Source: Mayamaea pseudoterrestris (taxonomy: Eukaryota). Taken from it: DNA of 64,000 bases. The stretch covers positions 310,001 through 374,000 of the forward strand of contig BROI01000018.1 in NCBI GenBank assembly GCA_027923505.1. The letters are read 5' to 3'. Under the pieces are notes generated by a model. It worked only from the letters and a program-made list of their open reading frames with translations. It made no database searches and was not told where the DNA came from. Below, piece by piece: positions 20,360-31,458 of the stretch. The position numbers and the translations under genes were made by a program. The number at the start of each line of letters is the position of its first letter. Position 1 is the first letter of the stretch.

Positions 20360-20979
20360 CACTCTGCCGAATCCAAGGATGAGACGTCGGAAACCGCGGA
20401 CTTCTCACTTTCGCCCAACCCCATCTCGAGCTTCCGTCTGATTAATGAATACTGGAACGAGGATGAAGAGTCAATGGAGCGGACAACAAGCCCGAGTCTG
20501 ACCTTACATGATGTTCATAGCTTCTTGCCGTTGCACATGCGTCGACAGGATCAGCTGCAAGATTTGCATTTCCAACAAAACGACTTTCCTGACACAACTT
20601 CGCCTGTCACCGTCATCACCTGCGTTGATGTAAGTCCTGCAATCGGAAGCACGACATGTGACTCAACTTTTGAAAAGGTAGACACTGGTGGTGCTAGTGA
20701 GCAAAAGCTTGTCGCGCGACACGGGCGAGCCAGCAGCCCATAACGTTGTATATAATGAGCTCAGTTGAAATAATGGCTATCGATGTTTTGTGTCGGTACA
20801 GAGAGATCCTAGGACATGATATACAGCGCAAGGCGTCGCATGAAGCTTTACGTATAAATGCCACAGAAAAACCTTACATTTAAAACATATAATCCCAAAT
20901 CACAAGACGATGTCTGGCAATGCTTGTCGTTCACATATTACTCCACAACCGGCGCAAAATGCCCGCGACGATTGAGACC

Positions 20980-23900
20980 TCATCTTGCGCCCGCTATAAC
21001 TCTCATATCTGGAGACTCTAAATCAAAGGTGCTCGCTCCAGCGTCAATGTACGTGCCGTAACTGAAGTCAATGCCAGGAACTGATAGCGTTCGGTTGCGA
21101 CGACGCGGTGGGTTCTTTCCAACAAAATCGGCCAGCAATTCGCGCTCCATCAACAGTTCACTTTCCGTCATAATCGGCTCAAACCCGAGAGCTGCCATGC
21201 CAAGGGTGCGTCGGTAGACTACTCTGCCAGCAATATCGCGAGCAAAGATTAGCTGTCCAGTCTCGTTAGCCTGCAGAATCGCAGGACTGACAAATGGTTG
21301 AATTAATGTGTCGCCGGTGTTGATTAGATTCGACAAGGTCATGGTAGTTTCATGCGGTGCAGGTGGCTCAGTGTCAACTTCTAAATCATCGAAGTTTGTC
21401 CACTTCTTAAGGCACCACAAAAACTGCGATGTGATCCAAACTGTAGTCAGCGTTCCGATGAAGAGAGCCAGTAACCAGTAAACGTAAAGAAAAAAGAGAT
21501 AAGGGTGGTGACTCGACAGACCGGAGAATGACTTAACAGCAGCCCGATAAGCCTGTATGGCACTCGCATGGTACAAGCATGGATTGCAAAACGCTGCATG
21601 GGCTGGAGAGAAGTGCGTCTGTCGAAATTGCTTCCAGCGAACAAACAAGCTAGTAACGCTTGCGACCATTCCAAGCATGACAAGTCCAAACAAAAAGTGC
21701 ATGCAAGGAAGGTAAGCTGCACGGTGAATCTTTTGATAATTGGTTACATCTGGATGTTCCTCTTGGAATGAAGGTTGCGCCATAATCGTCATAGCATAGA
21801 GCGATATGTTTGGCGCAGTCATTTGCATCCACGCCACAGGAGCCTTGATCTTTTTATTCAAGGCGACCCTTATCAAACTAGTTGGAAAAAGGATAAAGTT
21901 AAGCGCCATTGAAATTGCCATGAGGAAGTGGCCAACCGCTGGAAAATATAACCATATCTTCAAAGCACAAATAGCAACCGCCACAGTGTTAGGAAACCAT
22001 GATGGCTCGGGCATTATTCGATAAGCCATTGCCATGTATATAAACCAAATGACGAGACAGACATGAACCATGGACGCCGCAGCGACCACAATCATGCCGC
22101 ACAAACCTTTACCGGCAAAGACGATGGCAAATGCAGCGCAGACGAGGCCTGCTGGTGCTGCAGTTGTTGGTGAGCTTAGCTCGTCAACGACAATTCTATG
22201 ATAGAAAATCAGCTTCGCAAGAAACGTCAATGCCATCAACCCCCCAATAAGCAAGCAAGACAAACGAAAAGCTGAAGCAAGTCTGTATAATTCCGTGTGT
22301 GTGTCGCAATAGTAACACCCGGGAAATTCGGGAAACGAGCATTGCGAAGCGGAATGAAAATGCACCGACATGCAGTGCGGATCATGTTCCTCTGCAAACT
22401 TGAACCAGTCCACGCCAATGTTAACGACCGCTAAAGCAATCGCCCCAATCGTCAACGGAAGATTTGCGACAACTGGCTCCACCCACAAGAGCAACTCCTG
22501 CCATCGGCTTGGAGCATCTCTTATATCAGTTAACCATTGACTAACATGGGCGCACCAGCAATCTTGATTGTCTCTTTTCGCATGTGCTTCAGCTCGAGCT
22601 TCCGACTTCCACTGTTTAATCAGCCGGGCTCTTTCGATATCCAACATTCGCTGCCGTCTGCCCATCCAATGGTCCTTGGACATGGAATCGTTGGATGTCA
22701 ACGATGAGTCTGACGTGTCACTTCCCTGCTGAACGGCGTGGGATCGATTCTTTTTCTTCCGTTTCTTCTTTTGAGGTTTTCTTCGGGGCTGGTAACCAGC
22801 TTGGACGAGATTGCCATAAGGCATGGTCGTATCACGGTTAGCCTCAGCGAATTGTCGCCGCGCCGACTCACGTGGTCGTCTCGATCCGTTCTGTACCCGG
22901 CGATGCTCATCGGTGTGCGCCTTTTCCATCAACTCACTGGTTGTAGCGCCAGAAGGAGGCAACAGCCGAGTTCGCTCGTGCGGCTCACGTGTGTCCGATG
23001 CACCACTGGATGAAGCATAATTTTCACTCGCATCAACGTCATCTGGGTGCGTGCGCCGTGAGCGACGCTTCCGATCATTTCTGACTGTTGCTTGGATGCT
23101 CGGTACATGGTGCTGCAATGAAGCATCACCATAATCCACTCGAGCATCCTCTGGTGCTGTCTCGTTCATGCTTCTCTCGAGACTCACAAATGACGACTGC
23201 ACTGCAGCTCCTGCCAAATTTGTCAATGTTGTCTCGGGCAAGTCTTGATAAACTTCATCTGCCGGCTGCATCATCGGCAATTGCTGCAAATCGTGGATTG
23301 TTGCATGCTGCACATGCTGGTCCTCCTGCGCAAAATGTTGCGCAAGTGACATTAGCTGCGCTGATTCATTCATTTGCCCATACCCAACTTCATGATGAAG
23401 TAATGGTTGCTCAAGCTTGTCTGATTCAAGCAGCTGCAGCAACTGACTCGTAAACAGTGGCGACCCTCGACCCGATCGATCCATACTGCCCAAGGAAGAC
23501 ACGCTCCCTGTACTCGTCTGCCGCACCAAGACTGGAGGTGGCGCATGAGAAAGAAGAGGCGGTGGTGGGGGCGGCATGGAATCATGGTTCAGCAGCGTTG
23601 GCGACACTTGCTGCAGTTGATACCTTCCCGTCATCGCCTCGACACTTGAAACTCGCGCTTGCGACAATGCGGGTGCGCTGCTTGACAGTCGAGGCGGTGG
23701 CGGTCGAGGAACCAAACGACGCTGCGGAATGGCTCCTGGTCGTGGAGCGTTACTGGTCTGTCGAGCTAGCGGCGGCTGAACCGGCATTGTTAATTCATGT
23801 TCTTGTTGTTGTTGTTGCTGCTGCATCTGCTGCATCGGCAATGCTGTTGGTGGCACTACTAGGTTTGGATATGGCGGCATGCTGGGTGGAAGATGTGGCA

Positions 23901-24672
23901 TTGGATACACCGGCAAATCATGATATGGCGGCAATTGTTGCTGCTGCTGCTGCTGCTGCAACTCCATAGGTGGGGGATACGGTTGCTGCATCAACGGTAG
24001 GAACGGCATTGCGCCTTGTAGCGGATAAGGTTGATATGGCGATGTAGATTGCTGTTGCTGCTGCCTTTGCGTTTGTCGCTGCTGCAGCAACTTTCGTCGC
24101 TCCGAGTACGGCAACAAGTGAGGCTTGACATTCGTCGGCGTCATGATGGTGTGCCTCCGATTGCGCGGCGACGTTCGCCGAAACGAATTGTTACTTCCCG
24201 CACTGTCGTGGCTCTGCAAGCGACTTCGATTGAAACCATAACCAGTCTGTTGTGGCGTCAACGGACTCATGGTTGCAGCAGGTATCGGTTTAAAGACGAG
24301 TGAAGCTGCACTCGCATCCGACTCTTGTTCATATGCTTGAAAAAAGTCATGGGCAGGTGTCGGAGGGATGGATCCCGTTTGACTCGGGGCCGTCGCAAAG
24401 GATGAAAAGGAGGGCGTCGGCGAAGGCCTTCGCTGCTGCGGTGCAAAGACTGGAGATGAGGCTTCTCCAGGCTCCGTTGCTGCAAAGTGTATTTGCTCGT
24501 CGTCAAGCGTCACCGAGTAGATTTGGGGAAGCTTTTCCTTGTTTAATTTGGACAAGGTGGCTGCATTACCATCGGGAGATACGAACCCCTCCACCACAGC
24601 AGGACATGAAGTGTCCTTTACAAACGAGTCCATTGATTCTTCAGACTTGGCATCTTCCTCAGAGGCGTTCAT
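20980..24672 (-). CDS. SLAC1/TDT (tellurite-resistance/dicarboxylate transporter)-family membrane protein with a long Q/P-rich N-terminal region
   Basis: 1230-aa ORF; C-terminal multi-TM block with PEPSWFPNTV, WMQMTAPNISL, FSPAHAAFCNP; poly-Q N-terminus. Confidence 0.72.
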   Translation of the reverse strand: MNASEEDAKSEESMDSFVKDTSCPAVVEGFVSPDGNAATLSKLNKEKLPQIYSVTLDDEQIHFAATEPGEASSPVFAPQQRRPSPTPSFSSFATAPSQTGSIPPTPAHDFFQAYEQESDASAASLVFKPIPAATMSPLTPQQTGYGFNRSRLQSHDSAGSNNSFRRTSPRNRRHTIMTPTNVKPHLLPYSERRKLLQQRQTQRQQQQQSTSPYQPYPLQGAMPFLPLMQQPYPPPMELQQQQQQQQLPPYHDLPVYPMPHLPPSMPPYPNLVVPPTALPMQQMQQQQQQQEHELTMPVQPPLARQTSNAPRPGAIPQRRLVPRPPPPRLSSSAPALSQARVSSVEAMTGRYQLQQVSPTLLNHDSMPPPPPPLLSHAPPPVLVRQTSTGSVSSLGSMDRSGRGSPLFTSQLLQLLESDKLEQPLLHHEVGYGQMNESAQLMSLAQHFAQEDQHVQHATIHDLQQLPMMQPADEVYQDLPETTLTNLAGAAVQSSFVSLERSMNETAPEDARVDYGDASLQHHVPSIQATVRNDRKRRSRRTHPDDVDASENYASSSGASDTREPHERTRLLPPSGATTSELMEKAHTDEHRRVQNGSRRPRESARRQFAEANRDTTMPYGNLVQAGYQPRRKPQKKKRKKKNRSHAVQQGSDTSDSSLTSNDSMSKDHWMGRRQRMLDIERARLIKQWKSEARAEAHAKRDNQDCWCAHVSQWLTDIRDAPSRWQELLLWVEPVVANLPLTIGAIALAVVNIGVDWFKFAEEHDPHCMSVHFHSASQCSFPEFPGCYYCDTHTELYRLASAFRLSCLLIGGLMALTFLAKLIFYHRIVVDELSSPTTAAPAGLVCAAFAIVFAGKGLCGMIVVAAASMVHVCLVIWFIYMAMAYRIMPEPSWFPNTVAVAICALKIWLYFPAVGHFLMAISMALNFILFPTSLIRVALNKKIKAPVAWMQMTAPNISLYAMTIMAQPSFQEEHPDVTNYQKIHRAAYLPCMHFLFGLVMLGMVASVTSLFVRWKQFRQTHFSPAHAAFCNPCLYHASAIQAYRAAVKSFSGLSSHHPYLFFLYVYWLLALFIGTLTTVWITSQFLWCLKKWTNFDDLEVDTEPPAPHETTMTLSNLINTGDTLIQPFVSPAILQANETGQLIFARDIAGRVVYRRTLGMAALGFEPIMTESELLMERELLADFVGKNPPRRRNRTLSVPGIDFSYGTYIDAGASTFDLESPDMRVIAGAR

Positions 24673-25166
24673 AATTTTTTTTCTGCGACTCTCGCCGATG
24701 TATGGTGTCTGCTGCTTACTGCAAGTGTCGAATCAATGCAGCATCTTGTTCTTCAAAAAATTACCAAATACTTCTTCAAGGCAGACTCGTAGATTGTCGT
24801 ATGCCTTTTTTCGTACACCTCCAATTCCTTTTCATGGAACGAACGTTGGAATGAGCGATCTCGGGATCCTTCCGTGGCTGTGGGCAAGTCTTTCGTGGGT
24901 TGGACCGACGCGCTTTTGGTCGAGCCCGCCATGGTGATTCGCCTGCCGCCTTGTCCATGGAATGACCGAAACGTCATTCATCGAAACCCTAAGTAAAACT
25001 TGAAGCAACACAAATAAATTCGATTTATTTAGCCATTGTCGCACAAAATTTGCGGAGCGTTGAATCATTCGTCGCACCATCACTGGCTGTTGCACTTACG
25101 CCCCTCATTCATGGCGCGCCGTAGCGGCGGTTTCATACTCTCATTTCCGAAAGACCAACCAGCACC

Positions 25167-28100
25167 ATGGCGCCCCGCGAAAGCACGGGTCTCTTCCATG
25201 ACCAGTTCCTCCAGTTTGATTATGAGACGGCGCAAATACAAAATGGACCGCCCATGCCGCAGGATGGTATGGGAGGAGCTACCGATATTGATAGCGTCGA
25301 TGAGTCTGGAGGAGCCGATCCGAATGCGTTGAGCGCCGTAGGGACTGGTACAGAAAGCGCGGACAATCATCAATCGTCGGCAGCTGCATCTCAAGTAGAC
25401 CCTCTTTCCATAGATCCTACCATGGGAGATGAATCAACGACATGGTCGCTTGCAGCATCTATAGACGGTCGCTTGGTGGCGGGATCAGCAGTCTTGGGAA
25501 ACGCGGCGGAGGCAGAAGGGGGGCGGACGTTGGTGTCCGTGACGTCCGTTGAGTCGGCTTATTCGAACATTAACAACACTCGACGACCCATCCTCTCACC
25601 GCTCACGACGGGATCGACTGGTAGCTACGGAACAACGGCTCCCAACTCGCCAACGTCGCTGCACACGAGTAGCTTTTATTCGGCTCGAAGCAGTCAAACG
25701 ATTCACTCGGAGGAGCAGCAGCAGCAACCATTACCACCAAGACTGGTTGCTTCTCGTAGCAATAATATGGATCATGCTAATATGCTTTCCATGCTTGACG
25801 CTGCCATGTCCATGGAGGAAGGAGAGGGCGGTTCAGTTCCTGTACTGGAGCGTACTTTTGATTCTGCAACGACAGCTTCATCCTCGTCTGGTTTTGTTCG
25901 ATGGGTGACGGAAGGCTCCAATGGCATGGTGGACGACAATGACGACGACGACGACGACGGAGATGCCTCGCAAGGATCTAATCCCAGCCAGTCGTCTAGC
26001 GCATCTTCTGTCAGCACAACGAGCGATACTTTGAGAATGATTTACCGCAATCCTGCCTTTGAAGACTCGACGTTGGTTTCAGCCGCATCTCCCATTCCAT
26101 CCTCGCCATCAAGCTCGGACGAATTGGATGTTTCACCGCTTCCGCCACCTTCTCCAAACTCGATTCAACTATCCTTTCATCCAAATACTACGGTTGCCGA
26201 TCTAAAGTACTTTGCCGAGCGCGGCTGCATTGTACCGCTCCTCCAAGCCCTCGACACTCCTCGACTAGTCACACTTGGCGCACGCATGCTGGCCGATTAT
26301 GCAAAAATGGCGCAGCGTCGCGTCGCGGTGGCTTCGAATCGACGCATTTTGGAGTTTGTCCAACGCACCATGCTGCTTCCCGAGAGCGAAGATTGGTTGG
26401 GCCGCGAGTATGCGGCAGAAACGGTTCGAAGCTTGACGGCGACGGAGGAGAGTGACTTGTATCTGATGAACACACCGCATTTGCTGCAGACGCTGGCGCT
26501 CGTGGCGAGGGGTGGGCCCTTTGTCGTGCCAGAGAATGCGAGCCCAGTGCCGCTGGCGAGCGAGAAGGCGAGGCTGCATGCTTGCATTGCCATTATGAAC
26601 TTGAGTTGCGGCAAGGCCAACAAGGTTGAGATTGCTTCCTGCCCAGAAGTTTTGGATTCGATGAAGCATGTCATGCTCAACTCGACGGATGAAGCTCGTT
26701 TAAAGGCTACAACTTGTATAAAAAATTTGAGTAACGCTGATGCGAATGATGCGGCTCTGCTCGGCACCAGGGGGTTGGTGGAGGCGTTGGCGCATGTCGC
26801 GGCGGAAACTTGCTCTCTTGACTCTGGTGCATCGTCATGTACAACGTACGCATGCATTGCCTTGATGAACCTTTCCATTGCCAAGGACAATAAGCATCAC
26901 GTCTATCGGACGCCTGGTACAATGGATGCGCTCATGACCGTATTGAAATGTACGAGTGGGCAGACGGGGTCCACTGAAGCGAGGATAAAGGCTTGCTCGG
27001 CACTGTCTAATCTTGCTATTGGTTACGACAATAAGATTCCCATGTTTCACTATCCTGGATTTGTGGAAACTATATTGGAAGTAATAAATACAGATGATGG
27101 CGAGACGAGAACCAAGGCTTGCTCAATTCTTTGGAGCTTTGCGGCGGAAATGAGGAATCAAGTTCCAGTGGTCCAGCGCGGCGATATACTTCCAGTGCTT
27201 GTACGCGTTGCTGGAGAAGTGGAGCAATCGGAAGCTCGCTTCAAGTGTGTAGCGGCGCTCACGTTGCTCGCCGAGTCGCTGGAGAATGTCACGCCATTGC
27301 TCATGGCAGGTTCTTTGAATCCGCTAATGGAAATGCTTCATGAAGCTGGCCCAGATCCGACACTTTGGAAGGGACAGACCGCGTCATGGTGCGTTGGATT
27401 TTTGATGAACATTGCGCAGAGCGATGATGCTGTTCCGATTCTTCGAGACGCCGGTGTCGTGGAATTGTTAGGACCTCTTTTAACGCTTGACCACTATCAG
27501 AGCTTGAAGGCCGCCATGGCCGTCACATTTTGTTGTAGATACAATGCCGGCGATGAATGCTACGATTTGCTCCGCAAAACTGAGAATGTCATCCCCAAAA
27601 TTACCGGTTTGCTGCACAATACGCTTGCTGGACGTGGTGGGAACGGATACAAGTATGGTGTCTTTACTCTTCGATCTTCTGTCGGATGTATCTCGGCACT
27701 TGCATCTGGACCGGAGTTTATGAAGGAACGCATCGCAACGGGTCCTGTGTTTGAGAGTCTTCTTCGCGTCCTTACTGACTTTTGTGTTGATGGAGGAACA
27801 CCTGGTTGCATTGTCGGCGGAGGGCGTGATGATACGCTGAGTGCGACACTGGCGATGCGTGCGCTTCACTCTTTGACAGCCCACTTGATACCGGTCATTG
27901 GGAGCAACGGATTACCATTCGGATCGTCAATGGAAGAACGGTTGCTTATTGCGTTGGAAAGCTTTGAAACTTGCCGTCAAAGTGAGATCAAGGACGAGAC
28001 TAGAGCGCTTGCAACGGACGCCAAGGTTCGCATTGAAGGCGGTCGACGCGTGCCCCAGAACTCATGCAATTTGATTCGCGAACATGATGGGGAAATCGAC

Positions 28101-28502
28101 GCAGGGGATGTTGCTTTTTTGGCCAGCAATTGTTGCGGCTTTGACACTCTGCCATGCATGGGAGAAGATTTCTTCCGAGCTTTAACGTTACCGACACGAA
28201 AACCCGAAGCGTTGCCGTCTTCTGCAACAGTCGTATCGTCATCTAGTGTCGTTGAAGACGAGATGATGGATGAAACTACAGCACCAGTAAGAACATTCCT
28301 GCTGACTGATACAAGAACCGGTCGTCGCTTTGCTGTTCCTTGCGAGCAAAGTGGCGGTCGCTCCTTCAATGATACGCGACAGTGGTGCTTTCGCAGAGGC
28401 CGCTTCTGTGTCGACGGAGAAGCACCGGATATGAACTACGTTTGGACTTCGGAGCTGCAGGCCGTATATGAAGCGGCACTGGCGGGGCAAAAAAACTCTT
28501 GA
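25167..28502 (+). CDS. Armadillo-repeat protein with disordered N-terminus
   Basis: Repeated 'ARxxACxAxxNLS...NK' helical units across a 1111-aa ORF. Confidence 0.85.
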   Translation: MAPRESTGLFHDQFLQFDYETAQIQNGPPMPQDGMGGATDIDSVDESGGADPNALSAVGTGTESADNHQSSAAASQVDPLSIDPTMGDESTTWSLAASIDGRLVAGSAVLGNAAEAEGGRTLVSVTSVESAYSNINNTRRPILSPLTTGSTGSYGTTAPNSPTSLHTSSFYSARSSQTIHSEEQQQQPLPPRLVASRSNNMDHANMLSMLDAAMSMEEGEGGSVPVLERTFDSATTASSSSGFVRWVTEGSNGMVDDNDDDDDDGDASQGSNPSQSSSASSVSTTSDTLRMIYRNPAFEDSTLVSAASPIPSSPSSSDELDVSPLPPPSPNSIQLSFHPNTTVADLKYFAERGCIVPLLQALDTPRLVTLGARMLADYAKMAQRRVAVASNRRILEFVQRTMLLPESEDWLGREYAAETVRSLTATEESDLYLMNTPHLLQTLALVARGGPFVVPENASPVPLASEKARLHACIAIMNLSCGKANKVEIASCPEVLDSMKHVMLNSTDEARLKATTCIKNLSNADANDAALLGTRGLVEALAHVAAETCSLDSGASSCTTYACIALMNLSIAKDNKHHVYRTPGTMDALMTVLKCTSGQTGSTEARIKACSALSNLAIGYDNKIPMFHYPGFVETILEVINTDDGETRTKACSILWSFAAEMRNQVPVVQRGDILPVLVRVAGEVEQSEARFKCVAALTLLAESLENVTPLLMAGSLNPLMEMLHEAGPDPTLWKGQTASWCVGFLMNIAQSDDAVPILRDAGVVELLGPLLTLDHYQSLKAAMAVTFCCRYNAGDECYDLLRKTENVIPKITGLLHNTLAGRGGNGYKYGVFTLRSSVGCISALASGPEFMKERIATGPVFESLLRVLTDFCVDGGTPGCIVGGGRDDTLSATLAMRALHSLTAHLIPVIGSNGLPFGSSMEERLLIALESFETCRQSEIKDETRALATDAKVRIEGGRRVPQNSCNLIREHDGEIDAGDVAFLASNCCGFDTLPCMGEDFFRALTLPTRKPEALPSSATVVSSSSVVEDEMMDETTAPVRTFLLTDTRTGRRFAVPCEQSGGRSFNDTRQWCFRRGRFCVDGEAPDMNYVWTSELQAVYEAALAGQKNS

Positions 28503-28761
28503 TGACTATAAGGTATTACTCTGCTAAACATAGGTTGCTTCGCTATAATTAAATTAAGCAGGATGCCAACTCGTTGCGTAAATGTATAAGTCAAGTTCTT
28601 GCGTAGAAGGAAAATTCAAGTCCAAAAGTATGGCGTAACTGCATAATGTGCTTCTAATACCAAACTATATAGTTACATTTACATAAAGGTACAACCTTTT
28701 ACAACACAAATCAAAGAAGAATACATGTACACAGAGCTCAAGCATGCTCGTGCATAACAAA

Positions 28762-31008
28762 CTAAAATTCAGCCATCGACCTGCCCGGAACCAAGGGGCT
28801 CGAAGAAAAGGATAGCTGGATCGGGTGCAGTGTTGATGTCAGCGACATGGTTGTTTCGTCGAGCAAATCCAAAACATCAGTCGGCGCTTTTCGCTCTCGC
28901 GCGCAGTTCAAAGGCCGCTGACCCTTCTTGTTCTGCTCTTGGATCGCGTCGGGATATTTCTCTAACAACAACGCGATGACAGGTGCAGGTGCACCATGAA
29001 TAGCCGCCTCGTGGAGTGGCGTGTTTCGGCTTGCGTTAACTGCTCTGGCAATCTTCGGGTGAACTGCCAACAATTGTTTGACAATGGACACATCAATATT
29101 CTGCTTTTGCACCGCAAGATGAACCGGAAGATTGCCAGCGCGGCAGGGCATGGTCGCAGCTCGTGGGTAAACTTCAAGCAAGTGCGAAATCAACTCCTTG
29201 CTGGCCGTTTCATTTTGAACCGCAATGACTAACGGCGTCCGACCGATAGAGTCGAACATGCAGCAAGCCTTCGACGTGGCCAAAATCTCAAGTGTATCTA
29301 AACGCTCCGACACGTCTGGTGCAGCGCAAAGCAAATGGATTGGCGTCGCTTCAAACTCAGCCGATACTGCAGTTGCATATTCACCACCGGGGACCGAGAG
29401 GAGTAATCGGGTCAACTGCGTGGGCGTATTGCGTACCGCCGCAATGTGCAACGGTGTCAACTTACGACTGTTTTGTGCCAACAGTGGCATCTCCCTAGAT
29501 CGCGACGACCCAATGAGCAGTTCTGCAAGTTTCGTAGTGTTGCGATGCAGAACACCCATTTCATTCAGGTAATTGGTGGCATGCTGCACCAAAAGATGCA
29601 AAGGCGTGTCACCACTGCTCGTTCGATGGTGAACGCATTCCGGCAACAGACGAATGCATTCCTGGGCCACGGTCCATGGCAGTGTCCCACCAAACGCTGC
29701 GAGGTAATGAATCGGCAGCATACCTTGCTCGTCCGCTTGTTTCACCGACTCTGGATCCAACTGAATCAAGCGCATGAGGACTCGCTCGTGTGCCTCGCAG
29801 GCAACCGCAACATGAAGTAGATTGGCTCCTTCATTATTCAGCAATAATTCTGATGACTTCTTGACTTCGAGCAGCAACGTAATAATTTCCTCCGCCATGG
29901 CTTCCAGCACAAAGTCTGAACAGCGTTGAAAGCCCTTGCTTGAAACGAGCGCGTGCAGCGGCGTGTCGCCCTCGCGATTCTGAACGTCAAGCGCCTCGGG
30001 CGCCATGTTGGCAACCTTTCGGACCACGGCGAAATCTTCCTGGTGCTCGAGCGAGGCACACGCAAAGTGCAGGACGGTATTTCCGTTGTTATCCACTTCC
30101 AGTAAAAAGTCGGACGCTTCATTTTCTGGAACAAGCTGCAACATGGTCGTAAAAATTGCGGAAGGAACATTCCAGGCCGCCACGTGCAAGGTTGACTCTC
30201 CGTACTTGTTGCACTTGGTCAAGGCGGATCGATGATCGTAATCGCTTCCCACCCGAAGCAAGTAGTCCGTTGCCTTGGCTAATCGTCGCCACTTTTGCTT
30301 GCGAATGAGCCTATGAAAGTCTTGATTTCGCAACTTGGCGCTCGCGTTCGAGTCATCGTCGTTGGAATTCGAATCGTCCAGAGTGTCAAATGTCGAGCTT
30401 GATGCTTGCAACAATTGCAGATCCTCATCCTTCTTTGCCTTCTTGCGCAACGAAATAGACTTCTTCTTTTCGTTGGTCGCTGCTAGAAAGGTTATTTCAA
30501 TCTCCTTGGGTTTCTCCTTCGACTTTTTCTTCTTTGACTTCTTTTCTTTCTTTGATGCAGTCGTCGCAGTCGATAGCAAGGATGATGCACTCGCGTTGTG
30601 CAGTTCCGAGACTGCCTCTGAGCGCGCTCCGGCATCTGCTGCTGATGATGGCAAAACTTGATTTTCTTCTGCCTTGCTAGTAGCAGCAGACCGATGGGAG
30701 GATTTGCTACCATGACAAATAGTAGTTGGCGCTGCTGCTACTTCCGAAATAATTGCAGGTGGCAAAAAGGCCGCAATGCCGTCATTTGAATATTCATGGC
30801 TGTCACTACTTGATCCAGACCTGGAGCTAGTCGGACTCGTCCATCCGCCCGAGGATGTGCAGCTGACTGTTTGGGACGTATCGGATGGCATGATACGAAT
30901 GTGTTTTTCGTGGGACGGAACCTGGATTGCTTCGTGATGCAATCTGGAAGGCGAATCGGGCGCGATAGCCTTCGGTCGATGAATAGATTGCTGCGGAGAG
31001 GACTGCAT
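28762..31008 (-). CDS. Ankyrin-repeat protein
   Basis: Many G-x-T-P-L-H-like motifs (GESTLHVAA, GNTVLHFAC, GDTPLHAL, GDTPLHLL, KLTPLHIAA, RNTPLHEAA). Confidence 0.92.
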   Translation of the reverse strand: MQSSPQQSIHRPKAIAPDSPSRLHHEAIQVPSHEKHIRIMPSDTSQTVSCTSSGGWTSPTSSRSGSSSDSHEYSNDGIAAFLPPAIISEVAAAPTTICHGSKSSHRSAATSKAEENQVLPSSAADAGARSEAVSELHNASASSLLSTATTASKKEKKSKKKKSKEKPKEIEITFLAATNEKKKSISLRKKAKKDEDLQLLQASSSTFDTLDDSNSNDDDSNASAKLRNQDFHRLIRKQKWRRLAKATDYLLRVGSDYDHRSALTKCNKYGESTLHVAAWNVPSAIFTTMLQLVPENEASDFLLEVDNNGNTVLHFACASLEHQEDFAVVRKVANMAPEALDVQNREGDTPLHALVSSKGFQRCSDFVLEAMAEEIITLLLEVKKSSELLLNNEGANLLHVAVACEAHERVLMRLIQLDPESVKQADEQGMLPIHYLAAFGGTLPWTVAQECIRLLPECVHHRTSSGDTPLHLLVQHATNYLNEMGVLHRNTTKLAELLIGSSRSREMPLLAQNSRKLTPLHIAAVRNTPTQLTRLLLSVPGGEYATAVSAEFEATPIHLLCAAPDVSERLDTLEILATSKACCMFDSIGRTPLVIAVQNETASKELISHLLEVYPRAATMPCRAGNLPVHLAVQKQNIDVSIVKQLLAVHPKIARAVNASRNTPLHEAAIHGAPAPVIALLLEKYPDAIQEQNKKGQRPLNCARERKAPTDVLDLLDETTMSLTSTLHPIQLSFSSSPLVPGRSMAEF

Positions 31009-31458
31009 TGCTTTAAATGTCTTTTTGCTGTAAACAGACTGCTAGTATTACCTTCTTGCTGCAGTATCTTGGCAAGATGTACGCAACCAAGAAGTAGAGA
31101 GTCGAAATTGTCCGCCGAAAATCAAGTGATGAGGGGCGAGACGACGATGGTGCGCGGTTGTTTCGATTATTGCCCCTCCGAAAGAAGGCAACCGATGCGA
31201 TGCTGACGCATGACGTCAGTGCCGTTGCGATGATGAAAACGTCAAAAAGGCTACTGTCTCATAGAGTGTACTCAGTATCAGCGTGACGCACAACCAGCCA
31301 GTCGTGCCACTGGGCTTCCGCAACAAGTCGTGGTCTCGTTTCAACTGCTTTGACCATCACAATCAAATCGTGTGGATACCGAAGGATTATTCGTTCTACC
31401 TGCTGTCACAATCATCCTTGAACGGAACGCAATCGAGACTACCTTCTACATCATATCC

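Noticed and set aside
23800..24090. (CTG/TTG)n microsatellites
   Set aside because: They simply encode the poly-Gln tracts of the 1230-aa transporter.
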